Shown here: positions 45,149 to 54,442 of the stretch, piece by piece
How positions within the stretch are numbered: the first letter of the stretch is position 1
How the letters are laid out: the number at the start of each line of letters is the position of its first letter
Source of the DNA: an uncultured virus (IMG/VR IMGVR_UViG_2795385499_000003)
Taxonomy: Duplodnaviria > Heunggongvirae > Uroviricota > Caudoviricetes
Reading direction: 5' to 3' (one strand)
DNA: 64,000 nt
Virus record (IMG/VR): IMGVR_UViG_2795385499_000003
The notes under the pieces: model-generated
Database searches by the model: none
What the model was told of the DNA's origin: nothing
Seen by the model: only the letters and a program-made list of their open reading frames with translations
Program-made: the position numbers and the translations under genes

Positions 45149-47924
45149 TTATGACCTTATCCGGGAGACGACAAGCGCAGCGGCTAACCGCTGGCCGCTG
45201 GTGCTGAGCCAGTTGGGAATTAAAGTCCCCCGCTCGCCCCGCCAGCACGCGCCCTGCCCGGCCTGCGGTGGTGTTGACCGCTTTCGCTTCGATGACAAAG
45301 GGCGTGGCAGCTTCTTCTGCAATCAATGCGGTGCGGGTGATGGCTTAGACCTGATCCAGAAAGTTAACGAGTGCGGGGTAACTGAGGCCGCACGCATGGC
45401 TGCTGATGTGCTGGGTATTGATTACCGGGCAACAGAAACTGACCAGAAAGCAGCCAGCCAGAGAAGGCAGCAGCTTGATGAGCAGCGCCACCAGCAGGAG
45501 CAGGAGCGCCAGCAGAAAGAGTCAGCTGAGGCCGCACACCGTCGCGATAATTTTGTGAGCCACTACCAGAGGCTGGCAGAGCAATCCACTCTACGTGAAA
45601 GCGAATACCTGATTGCCAAAGGGCTCGACGCCTTCACCCTGCCGTGCCTGCCCGATGGATCAATTCTGCTTTCGCTGGTGGATGAATCCGGCGATGTAGC
45701 AGCAGCTCAGACCATTACGCCTCAGGGCGAAAAAAAGGTGCTCTATGGCTCTGCAAAGCGCGGGGCGTGGCACCTCGTTAACCAGCCGCAGGACGTAAGC
45801 GAAATCATCATTGGTGAAGGTCTGGCTACGACGCTCACCGCTCACCAGATACGCCCCACAGCGCTCGCTGTCGTGGCTCTTGATGCCGGTAACCTGCTGC
45901 CCGTCGCTCAAGCTATGCGCCAGCGGTACCCGGAAGCCTCAATCATCATCGCCGGCGATAACGACTGGCATGAACCGGGTGAGCTCGACGACCACGGCAG
46001 GCCGAAAGTTAACGGGGGAAAGATATTCGCCCTAAAAGCTGCTGAAGCCGTTAATGGCTCTGTCTCATTACCCCCCACCAGCTACAAGGCTGACTGGGAT
46101 GATTACCGCCAGCAAAACGGGCTGGATAACACCACTACAGCATTTAACGAATCATTGTACCAACCGCAGGGGGAAAGCATGGGCGCTCAACTGGAAGTGA
46201 TTGAAGGCGGCAAAGCAACAGCGCCGGATCGCGACTCGCTAAAACCCCGGATTGAAAGCCGTCAGGATGGTGTGTATTGGGTTGAGCCAAACACCGATAA
46301 GCAGACCGGGGAAATCATCAACCGTGAAAGCTGGTTGTGCTCTCCTCTGCAGGTGATCGGTACCGGGCGCGATGACAAAGACCAGTACCTGATACTTCGC
46401 TGGCTGGCGTGGGGTTCAGACAGCGAAACCACACAGGCTATTCCGCTTGCTGACATTGGTGAGCGAGAAGGATGGAGAACGCTCAAAGCTGGTGGCGTGA
46501 ACGTAACAACTAAAAGCGGCCTGAGAGCAATTCTGGCGGACTGGCTACAGCGGAACGGGTCAAAGGAGGTCTGGAGAGTGGCGCACGCTACAGGGTGGCA
46601 GTGCGGCGCTTATATCATGCCTGACGGGGAGATCATCGGTGCGCCTGATAAGCCGGTACTGTTCAATGGCCGCAGTTCTGCCGCAGCCGGTTACACCAGC
46701 AGGGGAAGCGCTGAAAGCTGGCGCCAAAGCGTTGGAGCGCTGGCCGCCGGTAACTATTCAATGATGACTGGCGTTGCTGCGGCGCTGGCTGCCCCGCTGA
46801 TTGGCCTGGCGGGTGCTGATGGCTTCGGCATTCACTTCTACGAGCAATCAAGCGCCGGTAAAACCACCACCGCCAATGTGGCCAGCAGCCTCTACGGTAA
46901 TCCTGACCAGCTGCGCCTGACGTGGTACGGCACCGCGTTAGGCCTGGCTAACGAAGCTGCCGCCCATAATGATGCGCTGATGCCACTGGATGAGGTGGGG
47001 CAAGGCGCTGATCCGGTTAGCGTCTCACAGTCAGCCTATGCGCTCTTTAACGGCGTGGGGAAACTGCAGGGAGCCAAAGAAGGCGGTAACCGTGACCTGA
47101 AGCGCTGGCGCACAGTGGCGATCAGCACCGGCGAGATGGATTTAGAAACCTTCATCGCTATGGCGGGCCGTAAAGCGAAGGCCGGGCAACTGGTCAGGCT
47201 GCTGAATATCCCACTGAGTAAGGCTGTGAGATTCCACCAGCACGAGAACGGCAAGCAGCACGCCGACGCGCTGAAGGATGCCTGGCAGAATCACCACGGC
47301 GTAGCAGGCCGGGAGTGGATTAAATGGCTAGCCGGCAATCAACAGCAGGCTACTGAAACAGTCAGAGAGGCAGAGGCGCGCTGGCGCGGTCTGATACCGG
47401 CAGAATATGGCGAGCAGGTTCATCGCGTAGGCGCACGCTTCGCCATTCTTGAGGCTGCGCTACTGCTGGGCCGCGTTATCACTGGATGGGACGAGCAGAC
47501 GTGCCGCGACGCCGTTCAGCACAGCTATAACGCCTGGGTGAGAGAGTTTGGTACCGGCAACAAAGAACATCAGCAGATCATCGCCCAGTGTGAAGCGTTT
47601 TTAAACGCCAATGGCTACAGCCGGTTTGCCCCTTTCCCGTATGACCCTCAATCGCTTCCTATCCGCGATATGGCTGGCTATCGCGCCAGCGGCAACCATG
47701 ACGATGATCCGATCGTCTTTTACACCTTCCCGGCAACGTTCGAGCAGGAGATAGCCAGTGGATTCAACCCCAAGCAGTTCGCCCGGGTGCTGGCAGAGAG
47801 CGGCATGCTGACACCACCGACCAGCGGCAGAGGATTCCAGCGTAAGTCTCCGCGGATTAACAAACGTCAGTACAACGTCTATGTAATCCAGTACCGGCCA
47901 GAGGATGAGGCTCAGGAAGAGTAA
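45141..47924 (+). CDS. Primase-helicase (Zn finger + TOPRIM + DUF927/Cch-like ATPase)
   Basis: CPACGG.DRFRFDD...CNQCG.GDG; IGEG.AT, IAGDND; SSAGKTT Walker A, LDEVG Walker B. Confidence 0.93.
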   Translation: MRNYDLIRETTSAAANRWPLVLSQLGIKVPRSPRQHAPCPACGGVDRFRFDDKGRGSFFCNQCGAGDGLDLIQKVNECGVTEAARMAADVLGIDYRATETDQKAASQRRQQLDEQRHQQEQERQQKESAEAAHRRDNFVSHYQRLAEQSTLRESEYLIAKGLDAFTLPCLPDGSILLSLVDESGDVAAAQTITPQGEKKVLYGSAKRGAWHLVNQPQDVSEIIIGEGLATTLTAHQIRPTALAVVALDAGNLLPVAQAMRQRYPEASIIIAGDNDWHEPGELDDHGRPKVNGGKIFALKAAEAVNGSVSLPPTSYKADWDDYRQQNGLDNTTTAFNESLYQPQGESMGAQLEVIEGGKATAPDRDSLKPRIESRQDGVYWVEPNTDKQTGEIINRESWLCSPLQVIGTGRDDKDQYLILRWLAWGSDSETTQAIPLADIGEREGWRTLKAGGVNVTTKSGLRAILADWLQRNGSKEVWRVAHATGWQCGAYIMPDGEIIGAPDKPVLFNGRSSAAAGYTSRGSAESWRQSVGALAAGNYSMMTGVAAALAAPLIGLAGADGFGIHFYEQSSAGKTTTANVASSLYGNPDQLRLTWYGTALGLANEAAAHNDALMPLDEVGQGADPVSVSQSAYALFNGVGKLQGAKEGGNRDLKRWRTVAISTGEMDLETFIAMAGRKAKAGQLVRLLNIPLSKAVRFHQHENGKQHADALKDAWQNHHGVAGREWIKWLAGNQQQATETVREAEARWRGLIPAEYGEQVHRVGARFAILEAALLLGRVITGWDEQTCRDAVQHSYNAWVREFGTGNKEHQQIIAQCEAFLNANGYSRFAPFPYDPQSLPIRDMAGYRASGNHDDDPIVFYTFPATFEQEIASGFNPKQFARVLAESGMLTPPTSGRGFQRKSPRINKRQYNVYVIQYRPEDEAQEE

Positions 47925-47947
47925 GCCTCACATGTGAGGATTTTAGT

Positions 47948-48058
47948 GTTGGTTCAGTTAGTTCAGTTGGTTCAATTCCTCGTCACCTTTGATTTATAAG
48001 GAATTTAAATTTAAAAGTGAACCAACACTGAACCAACAAAGGGCTGTTTTGAACCAAC
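47948..48058. repeat. Iteron cluster 1 (putative satellite ori)
   Basis: 3 abutting GTT(G/A)GTTCA, 43-bp AT-rich spacer, 3 spaced TGAACCAAC. Confidence 0.8.
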
Positions 48059-48075
48059 ATCCTCAGCGGAAAAAC

Positions 48076-48405
48076 ATGCTTTTCAAGACGGTACAGATGG
48101 TGAATGACAAGATAGCTGAAGAACTTGAGGCGAAAGGCCTCTACAGCAGGGCAGCTTCTCGCTGGCTGGAGGTGTTCGACAATTGCGACTCAGAAGCAGG
48201 CCGAGAGTGACTCAGATCCCGCCGCAATCAGTGTCTGGCGAAGCGTGTTCGCCCCACTGTGCTTATTGACACCTTTGGAGATGTGACCAAGGCCGCAGTC
48301 GATACACAGCGCAGAATGGGGTTAGCCAAACCAGACGGCGAGGCCTTCAGGTTGAAAGATGAAGTGAGTTATCAATCAAGGAAGGTCGGAAAACAAAGAA
48401 AGTAA
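48076..48405 (+). pseudogene. PerC-family activator with in-frame TGA at 48208
   Basis: D..AEELEAKGLY.RAA.RWL motif; frame stays open beyond stop to 48405. Confidence 0.7.
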
Positions 48406-48471
48406 CAACAATTGCAATGTTAATAATTATTGATAGGATGTTTCCGATTGCAATCAATGGAAATATAAAAA

Positions 48472-48828
48472 ATGAAAAAGGTTTTGGCAGTGGCGCTTGG
48501 GGCGTTGTTACTTTCAGGATGTACTGTGCGTGTCGCTGATATGACTGTCGCAAGCACCAAAAACTACAACTTGAACGCAGCTAAGTTTGAGAAAGGTGCT
48601 CGCGTGACCGGCGAAGATAAAGCGCCAATCGTAATTTTCCCTTTAGGTATTCCGAACGTTAAAACGGCTATGGATCACGCTATTGAGAAAGATAAGTGTG
48701 CAGTTGGCTTGAGCGATGTGGTTATCTACCAGTTAAACCACGCCTTCCTCTTCGGCACATACGGTTTCCGTGTTGAGGGTACGCAAATTATCGACAAATC
48801 ACAGATGGGATGTGAAAACCACATCTGA
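48472..48828 (+). CDS. Small lipoprotein (possible superinfection exclusion)
   Basis: Lipobox LLSGC; own terminator 48833-48857. Confidence 0.75.
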   Translation: MKKVLAVALGALLLSGCTVRVADMTVASTKNYNLNAAKFEKGARVTGEDKAPIVIFPLGIPNVKTAMDHAIEKDKCAVGLSDVVIYQLNHAFLFGTYGFRVEGTQIIDKSQMGCENHI

Positions 48829-48871
48829 TAGCAAGCCACCTTCGGGTGGCTTTTTTCTAGGGGGCAAGGAA

Positions 48872-50011
48872 ATGAAAAAGTCTATTCTGGCATGTTTTAT
48901 ATCTGTGTTCATTTTGACAGGATGTGGTCCAAAAGAGCTTTCTCCGGAAGAGAAACAAAAAGTAGAACAACTCAAGGTGGAATTATCACAAACAGAAAGT
49001 GAGATTTCATCTGCGAATGCCGCCAATCAGAACTACTCTGGCGGGCTGATCAAGACTTTAATCAGCGCCAGAGTTGAGATTCTCAAAACAAACCAGGCGC
49101 TGATTAAGCAGCGAATTGATGGTATTGAGTCAGGCGCAAAAATAACAATGGATGTACCCGGAACAAAGCCGGATGAGGTGGCGGCTGAGTCAGTTAAGAG
49201 CGAAATAGATGCGTTAAATGCTCAGATTTCTCAGGCTAAAGCAGAAGCCAACCAATATAGCGGTGGCCTGGTTCTTGCGATGAAACTGGCAGCAATCGCA
49301 ACTCAGGAGCAAACCATGGCGATGCTTCAACAACGATATTTGTCAGCCAAGTATGGACTTGCTAACGCTATGCCATCTGATTTGAAGCAGAGCAACGTTG
49401 CTGAAGCAAAGCAAATCGAGAAGCCAGCCCAGGCTAGCAATAGCCAGCCATTGCTTCCGCCGGGAGATGGGCCATTTGGCCTGGAGTCAGGTTTAAGCAA
49501 AAAGAATATCGAAGATATGACCGGTGAAGAGCTTAAGCCTTATGAGGGCGTGCCGAATCTCTACACGATAAAATCGCCACCGAAAAAGAACGCTGAATTT
49601 GAGGGTTTTGGTCTACTCATTTCTCCAAAATCTGGCCTATGCCAAATTAGAGCGTTAGGTAAAAACATTGATACAGACAGCTATGGACTTGCGCTCCAAT
49701 CAAAATTCAAAGAGCTCTTAGATTCTCTATCTTCAATCTATGGCAAACCTAAAAGTACCGATTTTTTACTTTCAGGCTCAATCTGGAAAGAACCTCAAGA
49801 CTGGATGATGGCGCTGAACAAAAAGGAACGTTTCCTCTCAGCCCAATGGGGAGGATCTCCCGCAACACCTCTTAAAAACAAGCTTGCATCAGTATCTATG
49901 GAAGCAAGAGCCAATGGCTCTAGCGAGGGATATGTTTTCCTTCAGTATGACTTTGACAACATAGATGCTTGCAACGCAGAAATTGAAGAAGCTAAGAAAA
50001 GCTCGTTATAA
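48872..50011 (+). CDS. Lipoprotein with duplicated coiled-coil (YSGGL) N-domain
   Basis: ATG 48872 with AAGGA SD, lipobox ILTGC; GPFGL C-domain; terminator ~50061-50083. Confidence 0.78.
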   Translation: MKKSILACFISVFILTGCGPKELSPEEKQKVEQLKVELSQTESEISSANAANQNYSGGLIKTLISARVEILKTNQALIKQRIDGIESGAKITMDVPGTKPDEVAAESVKSEIDALNAQISQAKAEANQYSGGLVLAMKLAAIATQEQTMAMLQQRYLSAKYGLANAMPSDLKQSNVAEAKQIEKPAQASNSQPLLPPGDGPFGLESGLSKKNIEDMTGEELKPYEGVPNLYTIKSPPKKNAEFEGFGLLISPKSGLCQIRALGKNIDTDSYGLALQSKFKELLDSLSSIYGKPKSTDFLLSGSIWKEPQDWMMALNKKERFLSAQWGGSPATPLKNKLASVSMEARANGSSEGYVFLQYDFDNIDACNAEIEEAKKSSL

Positions 50012-50198
50012 ACCTTTCCTCTATATTGCTATATAAACGCTTATAAAATTTTGTAACCACACCTCGCTCCGGCGAGGTTTTTTATGAGCAAAATATTCGA
50101 TCAAAACGATCCAATCATCATTTCATAAATCGGCATATAAATAGAGATCGTTTCACTTTTTGCAATTATAATCACTGTATATTTATCAGGAGGTGGTT

Positions 50199-50372
50199 AT
50201 GCAAAAGTGCACAGTAAAAACAGTCCTCATTAAAGTCGAACAGTATGAAGAACTCCGTAAATTACAGGAAAAAGAGCGAGCAAAATCCCCTCTAGGTGTT
50301 GCCCCAACAATTCACGTTATCGCTCGCGGCCTGATGGATAAGGCATTGGCTCAACTTGCTCAGGAGGCGTAA
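50199..50372 (+). CDS. Small RHH-like protein heading late operon (57 aa; not in track)
   Basis: AGGAGG SD; LR.LQE.ER.KSPLG.APTIH.IARGL.DKAL; TAATG overlap with next gene. Confidence 0.7.
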   Translation: MQKCTVKTVLIKVEQYEELRKLQEKERAKSPLGVAPTIHVIARGLMDKALAQLAQEA

Positions 50373-50698
50373 TGGAACAATTACAACGCCTGGCCGAAGC
50401 TGTTGCGGACGCTTACCTTCGTAATCGGCTCCGAGAGCATGGGAATACTCAGTTTTCGCATGACGGAAAAACAGGTGAAATTCGCCGTGATTTACTGGCG
50501 TCCGGGCTGGTGGATAACTGCGTTTATGCTGCCCGAAATAGCGGCAAGGCCGATTATGAACAGGAGGCATACTCAATGCTAATGGAGATGATTTCTCTGG
50601 ACGGCAGAGAGTACCGGGTAACAGACCACGGCCTGAACGTAATCGAACATATGCATCGCATAGCGCTGGTTAAAGCCACGCCCCGCGTCAATCATTAA
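50372..50698 (+). CDS. Hypothetical protein
   Basis: 108-aa coupled ORF. Confidence 0.7.
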   Translation: MEQLQRLAEAVADAYLRNRLREHGNTQFSHDGKTGEIRRDLLASGLVDNCVYAARNSGKADYEQEAYSMLMEMISLDGREYRVTDHGLNVIEHMHRIALVKATPRVNH

Positions 50699-50707
50699 GG
50701 GGGATGA

Positions 50708-53281
50708 ATGGCTGATACCAAATTAGGGGGCGTCTATTACGAAGTTGATATTGATCTGGAGAAGGCCCTTGAAGCAAATCAGCAACTCAAGCGAGAGCTG
50801 AAGGCACTAAGTGACAATGCCAAGAACTCCGCAGGTGGAATCAAAACGCTTGAGACACAGGCCAAAACCACTGCCACAGCGGTCAACCAAGCCACTAAAG
50901 CAGGAGGCGCTTTCCGCAGCCAGTTCCAGCAAGCCGGTTATCAGATTCAGGATTTCATCGTACAGGTTCAGGGCGGACAATCTGCACTGGTCGCTTTCAG
51001 TCAGCAAGGTTCTCAATTGGCGGGAGCATTTGGCCCAGGTGGTGCCATTGTGGGCGCGGTGATTGCTTTGGGTACAGTAATCGCAGGCACGTTAATTACC
51101 GCTTTAAACGGCGGTAAAAACGCAATGGATGCTCTCCGAGAAGCAGCAGACGCAATGGATAAGGTGATCACCATTTCACAAAATGGGGTAGCCGCGCTGT
51201 CAGATAAGTATGCAAATCTTGCCAGGGTAAACGCAGAAGTTGCCACGCTGATGAGAAATCAGGTGCTGCTGGAATACAACCAGGCAATGACGAAGGTTTC
51301 AAAGACTATATCTGATACCACCAGCGAGTTTTTCTCCTTTGGCGATACAGCTAAAGCCGCACTGTCTGGCGGCACAGTCAGTGTTAAGTTGCTTAGCACT
51401 ATCCTTGACGCCGCTGAAGTCAAAACCAATAACTTCACCGATGCGTTCAATGAGATAAGCAAAAGCAGCATTGCGAACGAAGCGACTATCTCAACATTTA
51501 CAAACACCGTTGGGGCATTATCTTCCCGGCTGGGTATTACTGATCAAGCTGCTTTTGAACTGGCAAAACAGCTGAATGACCTAAGTAAAAACCCTTCTCC
51601 ACAGGCATTAACTACCTTAGCTATTCGCCTGCAAAATATGACCTCATCTAGCAAGGAGGGACAGGAACAAATCACCAGTCTGTCTAAGACGTTAGTAGGA
51701 TTAGCTGTAGAAGCTACCAACGCTAAATTAAACATGGATAGCCTCAAGCGCACCACTGACAACCTAACTGACGGGCAGAAAAACCTGTTAAAGCAGGCAG
51801 AACGAAACCTCTCGCTGTCAAAACTTCAGGGAGAAGCTCGCGCCCGACTCGCAGCCCAATATGCTGCTGAAGATGCAGGATTTGCTAAAGACGACCCTCA
51901 CGCCAAAAAGACGGAAGATGATGCGGCCGCCACTTATAAAAATTTAGAAGCGACGAAGCAGCTTAACTCTGAGCAGAAGAAATCAGCCGGCCAGGCATCC
52001 CGTAATGCTCAGGTACTGGAACAGTATCGGCAAAAGGCCGAGCTTTCTGCTGATTCGGTTGATGGACTATCCCGTGCTCAGGCAGTTCTTCAGGCACGTC
52101 AGAAACTGGTAAACCCTACACCAGCTCAAATAGCGCAGGTAGAGAAGGATGCTGGCGCAGCGTGGGATAAAGCCGCCGCAATACGCGCTCAGGCAGCGGC
52201 TATGAAGCTAATCCCGGAGCAGGCAGAGAACACTCGATACAAACAAGATGTTGCCGATCTCAAAACCGCCCTGGAACAAAAGACCATCACACAGAAGCAG
52301 CACGACACGGCTGCCGAGCAGATGGAGCAACAGCACCAGGTAAATTTAGCCCGAATAAGGGCCACGCAGAACGTCGGAGTTACCCCACTGCAGGAAGCAC
52401 AAGGCGCTATCGATCCTGTTCAGGCAATGGCTAATGAGAACGCCAAAAAGCTCGCATTAATACAGGAGTTCGAAACCGCTAAGGGGCAAATCACCCTCAA
52501 TGGTCTGGCATTGATGAATGCTGCTAACACGCAGTATGAGCAACAGCGCATCGCTGCTCAGTGGGAGATATACCGCAACCAGAGCGCCGCTAACAGCCTG
52601 CTGGCTGACGCGGTTGATTCTCTTCAAGGTGGCGCGACAAATGCCATTACCGGCCTTCTGAATGGCACTCAGAGCCTTAGTGAAGCATTCGCCAACATCG
52701 GAAGCACGATCCTCAACAGCGTTGTGAGTGGGCTGGTGGAGATGGGCCTACAGTATGTGAAAAACATGGTTATGGGGCAGGTGGCGGCATCAGCGGCACT
52801 TGGAGCAACAGCAACTCAGGCTACTGCCGCTGCGGGCATGTGGGGACCAGCAGCTGTGAGCGCCTCTATCGCCACTATGGGTACAGCCTCAACTGTTGGC
52901 ACAACGGCCTACTCAACCGCATTGATGGCTTCCAAAGGGCTGGCAGTAGCTGGAGCCCGTGAGCATGGCGGGCCTGTTCTGGCTAACTCAATGTACCGGG
53001 TAGGTGAAGGCGGTAAGCCCGAAATCTTCAAGGCGTCTAACGGCAGCCAGTACATGATCCCGGGTGATAACGGCTCTGTTATCAGCAATAAGGATATTGG
53101 CAACGCTAATGGTAGTGGTGGTGTGAGCCTGGAAGTCAATTTCAACATCACTACCACTAACGGTATTGATGAAGCCACACAGAAGCAAATGGCCCAGCAA
53201 ATGGAAATAGTTGCCCTGAAAGTCGCGCGGGAGCAAAGCACGCGTGATGGGGGCTTTCTTCAAAAGCGGATTAGGAAGTAA
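50708..53281 (+). CDS. Tail tape measure protein (lambdoid/siphoviral type) in satellite
   Basis: 857 aa Ala/Gln-rich helical; GYQIQD..VQ..GGQ......QQGSQL motif, TM stretch, C-terminal ARE.GGPV...YRVGE.G.PE. Confidence 0.88.
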   Translation: MADTKLGGVYYEVDIDLEKALEANQQLKRELKALSDNAKNSAGGIKTLETQAKTTATAVNQATKAGGAFRSQFQQAGYQIQDFIVQVQGGQSALVAFSQQGSQLAGAFGPGGAIVGAVIALGTVIAGTLITALNGGKNAMDALREAADAMDKVITISQNGVAALSDKYANLARVNAEVATLMRNQVLLEYNQAMTKVSKTISDTTSEFFSFGDTAKAALSGGTVSVKLLSTILDAAEVKTNNFTDAFNEISKSSIANEATISTFTNTVGALSSRLGITDQAAFELAKQLNDLSKNPSPQALTTLAIRLQNMTSSSKEGQEQITSLSKTLVGLAVEATNAKLNMDSLKRTTDNLTDGQKNLLKQAERNLSLSKLQGEARARLAAQYAAEDAGFAKDDPHAKKTEDDAAATYKNLEATKQLNSEQKKSAGQASRNAQVLEQYRQKAELSADSVDGLSRAQAVLQARQKLVNPTPAQIAQVEKDAGAAWDKAAAIRAQAAAMKLIPEQAENTRYKQDVADLKTALEQKTITQKQHDTAAEQMEQQHQVNLARIRATQNVGVTPLQEAQGAIDPVQAMANENAKKLALIQEFETAKGQITLNGLALMNAANTQYEQQRIAAQWEIYRNQSAANSLLADAVDSLQGGATNAITGLLNGTQSLSEAFANIGSTILNSVVSGLVEMGLQYVKNMVMGQVAASAALGATATQATAAAGMWGPAAVSASIATMGTASTVGTTAYSTALMASKGLAVAGAREHGGPVLANSMYRVGEGGKPEIFKASNGSQYMIPGDNGSVISNKDIGNANGSGGVSLEVNFNITTTNGIDEATQKQMAQQMEIVALKVAREQSTRDGGFLQKRIRK

Positions 53282-53362
53282 TTGAACGGTCGCAGGGACG
53301 CGATCATGTTGAGTTTGGTCAAGGTGAAACGGGTATGAGAAATAGCGAAAGGTGGCAGACAG

Positions 53363-53797
53363 ATGCCTGACAGCACGAAAGAACAGGCCAGCCGTGATAA
53401 AGGCGGCAAATGGAAGAAAGGCGCATCGGGTAATCCCGGTGGGCGCAGCAGCAAAGCAGCTGAACTGAGGCGTGTGCTGGAAGGTGGCGCTGATGATGCT
53501 GTGAAAACCATCATGGACGCGGCTAAAGAAGGCGATATGGCTGCTTGTCGCCTCATCCTGGACAGAGTTGTCCCGCCGAGTAAGCCGGTTTATCAGCCTG
53601 TTTCGTTTGAGCTGGACGACAGCGATTTACCTGCAGCAGCCCGTTCGGTAATTAAGGCGATAGCCGCGGGAGAACTGCCGGCCGACCAAGGGAAAATGAT
53701 TCTGGATGGCCTGGCGAACATGGCGAAGATTATCGAAATTACAGAACTGGCTGAGCGTGTAGCTGAGCTGGAGAAAGCACAGGAGAGCGGACAATGA
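53363..53797 (+). CDS. DUF5681 / terminase small subunit-like protein
   Basis: RD..GKWKKG.SGNPGGR N-terminus; A..GD..A..L.LDR..P. Confidence 0.7.
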   Translation: MPDSTKEQASRDKGGKWKKGASGNPGGRSSKAAELRRVLEGGADDAVKTIMDAAKEGDMAACRLILDRVVPPSKPVYQPVSFELDDSDLPAAARSVIKAIAAGELPADQGKMILDGLANMAKIIEITELAERVAELEKAQESGQ

Positions 53798-54012
53798 GCC
53801 TGTTAAGACGAATTGAAGCACTGGAAGCCACCAGCAGCGCCCAGACCAACAGCGGCGGCCCTGATGAAATATGGTTAATCGGTGTTAGCCCTGACGGTTC
53901 ACGCGAGTGTAGGGGCGGCTGGGTCAAGGATGAAGGGCTTTTCCGCAACGCCACAGCTGAAGAAGCACAGCGACATAATCAGCTTATCCTGCAGTGGGAT
54001 CATCATGGGTAG
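53794..54012 (+). CDS. Small protein with N-terminal RhxxhE coiled-coil
   Basis: MSLLRRIEALE; ATGA overlap. Confidence 0.65.
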   Translation: MSLLRRIEALEATSSAQTNSGGPDEIWLIGVSPDGSRECRGGWVKDEGLFRNATAEEAQRHNQLILQWDHHG

Positions 54013-54223
54013 CCTGCTGGCGCGACTGAACCGGCTGGAAAAGACCATGACGCCCAAGGATGGCGATACACAGGTGATTTCAGCCCTGATGGATGAGTTA
54101 GCAGGCAATGCCCCTGCAGGAGTGTATGAGAGGGCCATAGAGCGCCTGTCACTGCGCGGGCATAACTTCCCGCAGTCACCAGAACTGAGAGTGTTGCTAA
54201 TGGGCGGTAACGATGAACATTAA
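54005..54223 (+). CDS. Small protein with N-terminal RhxxhE coiled-coil
   Basis: MGSLLARLNRLEK; ATG 54005. Confidence 0.6.
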   Translation: MGSLLARLNRLEKTMTPKDGDTQVISALMDELAGNAPAGVYERAIERLSLRGHNFPQSPELRVLLMGGNDEH

Positions 54224-54437
54224 AGCTCGCCTGGCTGCGCTGGAGAAGGTAGCTAGAGATAAAGGCAGCAAATCCATTGACGGGCCACAGCCACCCGTCA
54301 GAGCGGACTATGTGCGCGAGGATGGCACCTTTGATCATGTTGGTTACAGAGCGGCGACTGACCAATGGAGCATCGAGGTATTTGGCAAGCCGTTGGCGCT
54401 GGTGGCCGAAGAGATCGCAGAAGCTGAGGATTTCTAA
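54213..54437 (+). CDS. Small protein with N-terminal RhxxhE coiled-coil
   Basis: MNIKARLAALEK. Confidence 0.62.
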   Translation: MNIKARLAALEKVARDKGSKSIDGPQPPVRADYVREDGTFDHVGYRAATDQWSIEVFGKPLALVAEEIAEAEDF

Positions 54438-54442
54438 CTGAC

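Noticed and set aside
50175..50189. LexA-like site upstream of satellite late operon (CTGTATATTTATCAG)
   Set aside because: Spacer is 9 bp, not the required 10; only a good half-site
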